Part shown: piece by piece, positions 41,001 through 53,000 of the stretch | Layout of the letters: each line of letters opens with the position of its first letter | Numbering within the stretch: the stretch's first letter is position 1 | Origin: Mytilus trossulus | Taxonomy: Eukaryota | Direction: 5' to 3' | Assembly (NCBI RefSeq): GCF_036588685.1 | Contig: NC_086376.1 | Coordinates: forward strand, 9,982,001-10,046,000 | DNA length: 64,000 bases | Translations under genes and position numbers: made by a program | Notes under the pieces: generated by a model | The model's database searches: none | What the model was told of the DNA's origin: nothing | What the model saw: only the letters and a program-made list of their open reading frames with translations

Positions 41001-44000
41001 CATTACTGATCAATGGAAAGTTGCAGGACAGTGAGTGACCTAGGGGACAATGCTGGATTTAGATTTGTATAATGATGTATGCTGATAAAATTGCTACTTT
41101 ATAGAAAATATTAATGATCATGACAAGTAATTCCTATTAAATCGACTTGGAAAAGAAAACTATGTGTTGCTTTCCAAGACTTTTGTTGCAGGCTAGACAA
41201 AAGCTAGATATTTACATTGTACAATTTTCTAACAAAATTGGGAGTGCAAATCTCAGGTTCAATAGTGACCCAGTAGTTCCTGCTCTAGCTAGGTTATGAT
41301 ATCCCCTGTCCTGTTAGTTATTGCAGGTAAAACTTAGGTTATAAGTCACACTCGTTTATATTACAATTGAGTTAAAACTTTGTGGTTATATGAGGGCATT
41401 CCGGTGCATACCCGTAGCCAGGGGGGGTTCGGGGGGTTTGGACGAACCCCCCCTTGAAAACAAATAAGCACTGTTAAAGTCAATGTTCTGTTCGAATTGT
41501 GACTGTTAAAGTCGAGTTTGTGAGTCAAACGAACCCCCCTTTGGAAATTCCTGGCTACAGGCCTGCGGTGTATTGCCATCACCTAGATTTCCATTACGTG
41601 ATATTCGTTTTGGGTTTTTAACCAATCTATAAACATGATGAATACTGAGACTTCATCAAGTGCAAACAAACGTTTCCTTTCGCTTGTTATAAATTCATTT
41701 CTTCAATGAAGACTCGTCAAATACTTTTTAAAGATGATATATTAATAATATTAAAATGTTTTGTTATATGTACATACATATAAGTGCAAAATCACTAATA
41801 TCTATGCTCACGCATGCGGAAGAATATCTCAAGAGCGTTTGTAATCTCAAGGAACAATAGCTCTGCATGGATGACTAAACATTTTTTGCTGAAAAATACG
41901 ACTGCCAACTTAAATCCATCCTATTAGTAAAAATTGAATTATCACAGAAGAGTGACGTGTCCACCATGTACTTGCACTGCACTATTATTGATATAGTAGA
42001 ATAGAATGATATACAAGTGCATGAAAATTAATTTAAAATTCAAAAAATTGTCCCTGGCACACAGCCTGGTATTAGTGATCATAACTATAATCATGATAAT
42101 AGTCATTTTTTACATCGATGTTCCATAAATGACATCACTTTATAAATATTTCAATAACAATTTATTCAATAACCTTAAAAGAACAATAGCTAATAATTAT
42201 ATCATTTATCAAATTCACTTTCTTATTTTATTCGAGTATACTACAAACATATAAATGAGACAATATCTGAAAAAGTCGATTTTCCATGTCCCCAACTTCA
42301 CCAGCAATTATTTTTTTATTCAACCATCTTTTTTGAAAATTTCAAGCTTCAGTATAAACTAAATTATATAATGCACCAACCCCTGACAATTAAACACTCA
42401 TTCTTATATTTCTTCCAATAAAATATTGTAATTTAAATGTTCAACCCCCCCTAAAATCATGTTGTCCCCTGTGTTTTTTGGAAAACTAAATCATTCAAAT
42501 AATATCCAAATTAATTCAACAGGCGTCCGATTCTCACATATATGATAAATTATATAATAAACTTGCCCTTAATTTGTCTTTTTATATTATAACTGTAGCA
42601 TGTAATAAAATTTTGCAAATTTTAAGAAAAAAACAAATTGTCCCCAGAGGTGATTTCCCTCCTGTTACCACTGAGTTTTTTTACCTGTGGAAACGTTTAC
42701 AAGACCAATAGTTATTTTCCCATTATGTATTGTGAAGAGCATCATTTCCTGAATGCATTAGTACAAAAAAATAGTTGAAAAGGCGGCCAGGTTTGAACAT
42801 TCAAGCCCATCCAAAGTAAGAATTTATAGAAAAATACTTATTGGTGTTCCATCCTGTTATACCGGTAGCCTTTTCTTCCACTTTCTGAGAATATTTTTAA
42901 GTGTGCACCACAATATTAAGTGTGTTTTTATATCATCTTTTTAAAAGTTATAGGACACAGGAAATACACTTACATTTAATGTGATAAAAAGGACAAAAAC
43001 TATCGCGTAATTCCTTTCTGTTACGTTCTGTCATGTTACCTGATTAAAAGTAACAGCATAACCATCATTAGTAACAGGAAGGATATTCAAGACATTTTCA
43101 CTGAAGAATCGAAGAGTTAATCTACTATATGTCAACCATTTCATTTAATATAAGTTATCACCACCATATCAAATAAATTTCAAAATAATATACAGTATAT
43201 TGAATAACAAAATAGTTTTTTTGCTTTTGATAACAGCAGAGAACATTGTGCAATTTAAGTAAAGTAGATGGTAACAGAAAGGAATTTATTTTAGAATTTT
43301 TCATTACCTAGGCAGATTTTTCATCTTGCAAATACAGTTTCAAAGACTAAATGACATTGTTTGCTGTTATCTTCCAATTGTGACCAATCTAAAATGATGT
43401 ATTTTTCTTAAACTTTAAAATAAAGCAGAAAAATCCTTTCTGTTACCAACTCTGTCCTGTTACCGTTGTCCTGTTACTCAAGATTCTTTCATGTTACCGA
43501 CATACCAAACTATATTTAAGTATATTTCTAAACCTTTTCTATTGCAAATGTTAAAATCAATAATTGGCATTTGATAAACTATTGCAGGATATACTAGCAA
43601 ACCACAAATAATGTCTTAAACTTATTCCTTATTCCCATTAGAAACTTTTTAAAATTGATTCCCTTTGGTAACAGGAAAGAACTGGATTTTTTTGTACCAT
43701 TTTTAAAATTGCCATTGTTTCCTTATTAAACAATTGTTTGAATTACAGACAACAGTTCCTAGATCCCAAATGTGTGTTCTTCGATTTGTGCTATTGAAAT
43801 ACAGGGTTTAAAGAATTTTTTGGGGGTTTTTTCTTATTGCCAAAAAATCGACTTTTTCAGATATTGTCTCAAATACAGATGTTAATAACAATGTTATTAA
43901 AGGTGTATTATTTATAGCAAAAATGCTGTGTCATTTTTATTATAATGTGCAGAAAACTAACAATTATATTTCGAAATACAAATACTTGAATCTGATTGAT

Positions 44001-47000
44001 CATTTCAAATAACATATTCTCATCATTTAAGCTTAAAATTAACTAGAGGAATGTAAAATATGCATGTTATAAAAAATATAATACAAAATGTACTAATAAA
44101 TTAATAATTGTAAAATTTAAAAATTAATTTGGTCAGTCATAATATTTTTACAAAAATTAATTAAAAATATACATAGCAAAATCATTTCTTAAAATACTGC
44201 AACAAATCTCATTCTTATTAAATCATTGGTGAATAAAATTGAGAATGGAAATGGGGAATGTGTTAAAGAGACAACAACCTACCATAGAGCAGACATTAGT
44301 CGAAGGCCACCAATGGGTCTTCAATGCAGCAAGAAACTCCCACACCCGGAGGTGTCCTTCAGCTGGCCCCTAAACAAATATGTATACTGGTTCAGTGATG
44401 ATGGACCTCATATACTAAACACTGAATTATACACAAGAAACTAAAATTAAAAATCATACAAAAATCATCATAAAGTATGTTTAAGGGAACAGTGGCAAAC
44501 CTAACTTCCAATTCCTCACAACATCTATGATCTATGAATAAAAATTTAATGTTGTCAAATTGTAGTAGACATGCCAATATAGAAAATCAGCTGTTTAGTG
44601 TTTCATAAAAATACAGTTGATTTTTATATGGTTTTACAAATACTATTAGTTACATGTGACCTTCTTTAATAACTATTTGGTTTAATAAATAGTATAAAGG
44701 GCGAGAGTGTAATATAATTCATATTAAACCCAATGTATGTTGATTTGAGAACAACACATATTTTTTAAAGAAACATAATTCTACTATTTACCATGTATTT
44801 AAATTAAAACAAGCCTACTGACATAAATAAACATGATTTCCAAGTGTTTTCTTTTAACCAATGATATTCTTAGAAGCGTTAAAGTGGTAAGATAACTTTT
44901 TTATAGTGTTTATCTGTATGTCATACACCTCCGTTTACCTGGTTCTTGTATGTGCTTAATGTTTCTAAACACTATATTTCTTCTTTGAAGCACTTATAAT
45001 ATAGGACTGAGTCCTGATGTTGACACATGTCATCCTTTACTCCTATAAGATATGCATTTTATAGTTAACGAAACTAGGTATTATAATACAACTCTGAAGT
45101 CTAATGACATTTTGCCCTGTGTAAGATAGCATCCTGTAAACAGATCTTCTATTGGTTATTCCACAAGAAAATTTAGCATTAACAAATGACTTTTTTAAAA
45201 TATTTTTTCTAAACTGCAATACAAAACATTTGACAACCAGCAAAGATTTGGGTATTATGAGATTTATTTCAATTCATGCAGTTTGCATAAAAAATGATTT
45301 TAGTTGTTTTTGTTAAATATAGGTGCAGCTAGTACAAGTGAAGAATCTATGGGACAAACCATAATGGAGGCACTTGTAGAATTTGTATCAGAGGGCCAGA
45401 AAAGTCTTCAGCATGTCTATCTAGTGATATTCCAGGATAAGATGGTTAAACCAATGTTGAAAGGAGTTCGTTCTGGTGGTCAGTCTGCATCTACAGGTAA
45501 ATATTAAATTAATTTGATCAGTTACATTATTTCTGTTGACAGAAGCAGGATATAGGTTAACTTTAAGACATAAAACAAAATAAAAATTCCAAAATATTCT
45601 ATCCAATCTATCATTCAAACTATCAAACTCCTTATTTCATGTATTTAGCACAAGCACTTCAAGTCTTGAGGTAAACTACAGAGTTTTAATAGTATCAATT
45701 GCACACTTAACCATACCCTTGAAAGACTGTCCATTCAATGTTTATTAATGAGTCTTGAGCAAAAACCAGATATACCAAACAGTGTGGTAAAGTAAAATGA
45801 CAAGATTTGCCATGATTCTAACATTTCCTATCGGTTTACTCAGCTAAGTCAGGACATTTTCCAAAGTCAGAAGACAAGAGAAGCAAGTCTGCAACATTTA
45901 TTTTCATTTTCTCTAGCTGATACAGGACATGTTAATACAATCAGTGACAATATAAGCATGTCTTATATTTACAATCTTTTTCTTGGAATAGACCCAGAGA
46001 GGTTATAAAGTCAAATGAGGAGAGGAGCTAGATGATAACATACATTATCTTTTTCTTCCAGCAAAACCAGGACAGGTTATTAAGGCAGACAACAAGAAAA
46101 GCACTGTAACATTTGCAATCTATGGTATCTCTCAGCGAGATATAAATAATGCGAAGGAGGGATTAAAAAGTGCAGTTAAAGAAAAATTTAAAACAGAAAA
46201 AATACCTGATAGATTGATTTCAGAAATTAATAAACATGAAGTAAGTAGACTTGAAAGTGTTTTTTAATATGCTATGCTGTAACTACTTGTCTGACTAGAT
46301 ACCTTAGATACCTAAAATAGAAATGTTCATTATCCTGTATATTGCCTCTTAAAATAGGAGAATTATTTTAAATATTTACTCAGTCTTTCACCAACATTGT
46401 GATTGCCCTTCATGTTATTATATTAACCCACGCAACAAAGTTGCGAAGAGTGTATTGTTTATTGTCTGTCCATCTGAGTTTTTATTCTAGAAGTTATGCC
46501 CTTTTAAACTTCTTTTCTTCAATATACTATACAGCAACAGTTTGTGATCGCAACTCTTCTGAAACCACATAACAGAACTTCATGAAACTTTATTTGTCCA
46601 GTGACAATTTGGGGGCTTGGAGTATGTTAGCATACTCACTAAGGTTCTTTAGTTTCTGAAATGTTCATGAAAAGTTTATCAATTGAAACACATGGTTCAG
46701 TGACTACTTGAAAAAAAAGTTAAAGATTTATAGTCTTCCAAATTTCTCTCTTATTACGAGCATTATGATAATAACTACATGTGTATTTGGTATGTGCATA
46801 GCATACCTTTCAAGGTGCGCATGCCTTTCAGACAGTCTTCACTTGGCCTCAATCTCATCTAATGGATTATTTTGCTGCACCTCTTCAGCCATTGTCTTAT
46901 GACTATATTGAGCATTCTTATTTCCTTTTTTTTTAACTTGACTTATCAGAAAAAGTGAATATACATACAACAACAATCCAATGAAATTTAAAGAACAGTG

Positions 47001-50000
47001 CTTTATTTTGAATATCTCAAATTTTTAAAGAATGAAAAAGGGTCAGACAGGTTTAATTGAGGCTTGTTTATTTTTTAGATAGACTATCTGAAAGACATAG
47101 AAAGTAATCTTCCTGTTCAGATGACAATCGACCAGGTGAATGGTAACGTCACACTTTATGGAATTCTAGATGATGTGATGAATGCCAAACAGGAGGTTTT
47201 TGATGCTCTAAGAAAGTTTGCTCACACCAGACATTGTAAAGCTGAGGCAGCAATTATTAAGGAACAAGTTCAATGGTACTTTAAGGTAAATTAGAAAGCA
47301 AAAAGAGAATCTCAATATGTTGTAAATTATTGGAAAAAAATGGCATTCAAGTAAAATGTGTGCAGGTCTATAATGTTATGGCGTCGTCCATAGACATTGT
47401 GTCTTGTTCTATACCACAACGTTCCGTAACACAAAAGTCCTTATTTTTAAATGAATTCAAATTAAGGTTTCAAAACAATCCTCTGTGATTTTATCAGAAA
47501 TTGAATAGCTGGGATTCTTTGATATGCAAATCTAACCCTGTATTTTATGCAGTTTCGTCACAACATTCCATACCACAAAAAGGCCTAATTTTTTAATGGA
47601 TTCAAATTGATGTTTCTAAACAATCCTTTATTTTGATTTCAACAAAAATTGAATTCCTGGAGCTCTTTGATATGCTAAATATAAACAGAAATTGATATTT
47701 TGTACAACTGCGAACAAATTTTGCGTCATATAATGCTTATGTCCAAAGACACATTTTGTTTCCGGTTAATAAGTTTAAGTGAATGGATCTCTGAGAAATT
47801 TTACCAGAAAATTAAATACAGACATGTGACAGAGATTTCAAGCAACAACTGGAGATTTGGAAATTTTTAGCTGGAGTTAGAGCCTCATAACTGGAGATTT
47901 TTTATTGACATTTTTATTGACGTACGCAATGATTTTTTTTGTTAATGATTCCATAACTCCATAGCCATTTTTAGTTGATAGAAATTTAAAATGAGGGGTT
48001 TTCAAATATTTATTTATTATATATATAGTTCAAGATAAAATGATCAGCCATCATATATAGTTGGTAAAAAGTATCTCTGATTTAGCTACATTGTCAATTT
48101 TGGTACCACTAATGAACGGTGGTGTTGAGTTGTGAGCATTCCGGTGGGTAGCCATATGTTAGGTCAAGTCATGAGGGTCACCATAGTCCGCTTTTCAACA
48201 AGTGTAGTAGGACTATGCATACTTATCATAATTGAGTTCATGGAGACATTTGGCTTTGAGGTTCAGTATTATAACTGTTCAATGTTTTCAACAGCATCAA
48301 ATCAAAGTTGTTGTTTATACAACTTAATCTTTTGTCAATATTTCACTTTTATTCATCCAGGGCTGAGGCATGTGTCTTAAACTTGCTAGTTGATCACCAG
48401 GTAATTGCCAATACTCTTTTATTGCTGTGTATACAGTCTAATCCTTAACACCTTCATAGACAACTCAAGGCTATTTACTTTTTGACACAAAAACAATTAC
48501 AGGACACTTCCATTTTTTTGGACTTTTCAAATATCAATTTCTAGTTTCTCTGACTTTTTCTCTGTCAGAATCAATTTTGTAAACATTTTTTTTTTCTAGG
48601 TTGACATTTTCAAAAAGCAGAAAATTTCAAATTTAAATGACAGGGACGGACAAGGGTCTCAAAAGCGGGAGATTTTGACTCCCACCGGAAGAATCACATG
48701 TATGTAAATACGTCAAAATGAAGGTTTGGGATTGATTAGTGGGGTTATGGTACCAATAGTTAAGGAATTAAGGGCAAAAAGGGGCAAAAACAAGCATTTT
48801 TGTAGTTTCTGGACAATTAACTTATTAGGTGTAGGTGTATGGATCTCTCTGAAATTTGTACCACAAGGTTTCATAACACAAAGGTTAGGCTTGGATTGAG
48901 TTTTAAGGTAATAGCCCCAAATGCTCAGGAATTAGGGGAAAAAAGGGTCCAAAACAAGCTTTTCTAGTTTCCAAACAATTACTCATGTATGGATCTCCCA
49001 AAAATTGTTTACCGGTACTTAGTTTCTTACCTCAAAGGGAAGGATAGGTTTGAGTTATGGGGTAATTACATACCTGTCAACCTGTGATGATGAAAATGCA
49101 GGTCATGACCTGCATTGAAGAATCAAATCTCAGGTCATAACGCGTACGAACTTTTTCAAGTAATTTCAGTATTTATGGTACATTTTTGTCCAGCCTTTGA
49201 ATTTAGTCGAATAAGCGAGACTAAGCGATCCCACATTCCGCCAGCGTCGGTGGCAGCGTCAACAAATATTCACTCTGTGGTTAAAGTTTTTGAAATTTTA
49301 ATAACTTTCTTAAACTATACTGGATTTCTACCAAACTTTGACAGAAGCTTGTTTATGATCATAAGATAGTATCCAGAAGTAAATTTTGTAAAAATAAAAT
49401 TCCATTTTTTCCGTATTTTACTATAAATGGACTTAGTTTTTTCTGCGGGGAAACAAAACATTCACTCTGTGATTAAAGTTTTTAGAATTTTAATAACTTT
49501 CTCAAACCATCCTGGGTTTGCACCAATCTTGCACAGAAGCTTGTTTATAATCATAAGAAAGTATCCATAAGTAAATTTTGTAAAAATAAAATTCCATTTT
49601 TTCCGTATTTTACTTATAAATGGACTTAGTTTTTTCTGCGGGGAAACATTACATTCACTCTGTGGTTAAAGTGCTAGAATTTTAATAACTTTCTTAAACT
49701 ATCCTGGGTTTGTACCAAACTTGGACAAAAGCTTGTTTATGATCATAAGATAGTATCCAGAAGTAAATTTTTCAAAAAAATAAATCCATTTTTTCCATAT
49801 TTTACTTTTAAATGGACTTAGTTTTTTCTGCGGGGAACCATTACATTCACTCTGTGGTTAAAGTTTTTAAAATTTTAATAACTTTCTTAAACTATCCTGG
49901 GTTTGTACAAAACTTCGACAGAAGCTTATTTATGATCATAAGATTGTATCCAGAAGTAAAGTTTGGAAAAAGATTACTCAGTTTTCTCTGTAATTTACTT

Positions 50001-53000
50001 TTAATGGACTTGGATTTTCTTACAATCATAAAATAGTAACAAGAGGAATATTTTTATTGATTTTTTTCCTCATTGTTGTTGAGCCTGCAATTTACAGCAA
50101 AAATAGGCGAGACACTGGGTTCTGCGGAACCCTTACAAATTTTCTTATAATGTATATCAAAGATACCAAAACATCAATACATGTTCACTTGGTTAAGTCA
50201 TTTTAAATCTTATTAATTATTATTTCATTGCACTTTTAAATTTTTTTATAAATTTGTGTAACACAGTCTTATGTTTTTCTGCCTTTTTGTCATCATCTTT
50301 TTGAAATACTAGAATTTATTTTTCATATGTAATTTTAAAATGTTTGAGACTACTGGCTATGTAGCTTTTAAAAATACCCTCATTTGATTGAGAAGGAAAT
50401 TAGACTATGATAAAATGAAGTAATCTATACTATTAAACGAGAAGACCTCATTTTGGGGGTCGCCTCTCTTCTTTCAACAATTAATTGATCAACAAGCCTC
50501 TGTGTCCTATAGGTACAGTGCATAGTGCCATTTGTCATCCATTCTTATGATTATTCAGATTAAGTTATTTTTGGAGAAAAACGAGAAAAAAGGCATCTGG
50601 ATATTGTCCCGTCATTGGACTAAATCTTAAGTCAGATTAGACTTCCGGTTTGCGTTTTTCTGTATACTTTGAACATGTATATACAAATAATAAAGTGTAT
50701 TTTCAGAATTCTATCTGCTATCATTTTCAAGTTTACTGTTCACGGCAGTCATAGAGTTTATTAAATAGAGAGAGTCAGTATACTATATCAATGACCACTA
50801 TGGATCGATTAGTAAACTTAGAATTAAAAGTAAATACACTGTATTTATATAGTAATGAATGTTCATAATATACAGATAAGCACTAAAAGTATTCATGTGA
50901 ACTTTTGATACCTTTTCTGAAATTCTCCAGTCATTAAATCTTTTACAAAATTCATTGATTACAAAAAAAAGAAGATGTGGTATGATTGCCATGTTGAGAC
51001 AACTCTCCACAAGAGACCAATATGACATAAATATTAACAATTATAGGTTACTGTACGACCTTTAACAACGAGCAAAGCCCATACCGCATTCTCAGCTTTA
51101 AAAGGCCCCGAACTGACAATGTGAAACAATTCAAACCAGAAAACTAGCGGCCTTATTTATGTACATAAAATGAACGAAAAACAAATATGTTACACATAAA
51201 CAAACAACAACCACTGAATTACAGGCTCCTTACTTGAATGTTCATAACATACTAAATGTATATTCATATTGAAATTGATAGAAAACCAAAAAAATGGGAA
51301 TATTGGATATAAAGGAGAAGGGATAAAAAAAAAAGCATTTTCCTGTCCCCAATAACATATGACTAATGATACTTTTGCTGAAATTCTCCAGTCATTCAAT
51401 ATTTTACAAAAAAATTCCGACAACACTTTACATACTTTAAACTACTCTCTGAATGCCCCCGATTTCGCCAGTGTGTTCTAGTACAGTTAAAGGAAGTATA
51501 AATGTAAAAAAATAATTTTCAACTTTTTTTTTTTAAATCGAATAAAGGTATAAAATAATAAAAATTTATTTTTCAATATGTATTTGAATTTTATATTTTT
51601 ATGATTTTATGTTTTTCACCCATAAAACGTAAATATAAGGAATAATTTTGAATGGTGACAAATAAGGGGAAGTAACTCTACTAAGTTAAAATATGTTTGT
51701 AAACCAATAGAGCAATTTATTTTAAACGACCTAAAGCTAAGGTAATTGGTGTTTATTAACAGTGTGTTTGACACCAAAGCTGTCAAATGAAGCCATGCAC
51801 TTAATGGGTCACTTAATTTGACAGTTTACATAGCTAGATGAACTTCCTGTTCATGGAAGAATTACGAATTTGCCGGTATTTCAAAGAAATATTACTTATG
51901 AAATCAATCTCAAGGCTAAGAAATACAGGAGAAATATGGTCATTTTTAGAATTCCCGCGGTTATTTCAATGACCCGGTTGGTGTCCTGGGTGATCCCTCA
52001 CAATTGTGAAAATCTCGGGTCACACCCGCAGAATACGGGTCAGTTGACAATGGTTGACAGGTATGAGTAATTACTCTAAAAAGAGTTTAAAAGGTTTAGA
52101 GGGATTTTTTTCAAATTTCAAATGATTGCACAGTATTCACCATTGGGCAATAGCAAGAAAACTTCAATTGCTAAGTATTGTGCAATAGAGCAGTGCAAGA
52201 TCAACATGTTTGAAAAGTTCAAGTAGATGAGATCACAATTTCATTTTTAACAATTTCATCTACTGAAAGCTTCCTGTAACAATCCTTTTTAAATGCTCAG
52301 TATATTTTTTTTGTTTTAGGATCTTAGTGACAAAGGACTGCCAGTACTTACTGAATACCCTGATGAGATAAACATGTATCTGGAGACTGGTTACAAAGGG
52401 GAGTCTGGACGGAAAGAGGTTGAATTCAAGGATGATCAGGGAGAGGAATATGTTATTGTGCTGAAAGATATGATGGAATATGTTAAAAATGATAGGAAAA
52501 ATAAAGTGGAAGTTTTGAGAAGAGAAAAAATACAAGGTAGACTTATCCTAGAAGTATAAGATAAAACATAAACAAATAAGTGTTGGTACAATTTAAAAAA
52601 GAAACAATCACAAATAGAACACAGAACACTAAAAAACATGCACAATCTCCTAAAAAGAAGTAATGCTATTTTCATGCCCAACCTACAGTAGTAGAAGGTC
52701 ATTATGTTTTCTTGTCTGCCGTCTTACCATTTGTCTGTCTGTCTGTGGGTCCATTTTGTCAGTTTGTCCCACTTCAGGTTAAAGTTTTTGGTCAAGGTAG
52801 TTTTTGATGAAGCTGAAGTCCAACCAACTTGAAACTTAGTACACATCTTCCTTATGATATGATCTTTCTAATTATAGAGCCAAATTAAACTTTTGACCCC
52901 AATTTCACGGTCCACTAAACATAGAAAATGAAAGTGGGAGTTTCAGTTTAAAGTTTTTGGTCAAGGAAGTTTTTGATGAAGTTGAAGTCCAATCAACTTG

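Larger units (their letters stand above)
49069..52065. mobile_element. TIR element (hAT/P-like) hosting nested HINE and Helitron insertions
   Basis: CATACCTGTCAACC...GGTTGACAGGTATG; flanks ggtaatta/agtaatta. Confidence 0.8.

Noticed and set aside
45649-45670. 22-nt candidate mini-exon (tttag...GAG|gtaaac)
   Set aside because: It would break the frame between phase-compatible exons 18 and 19
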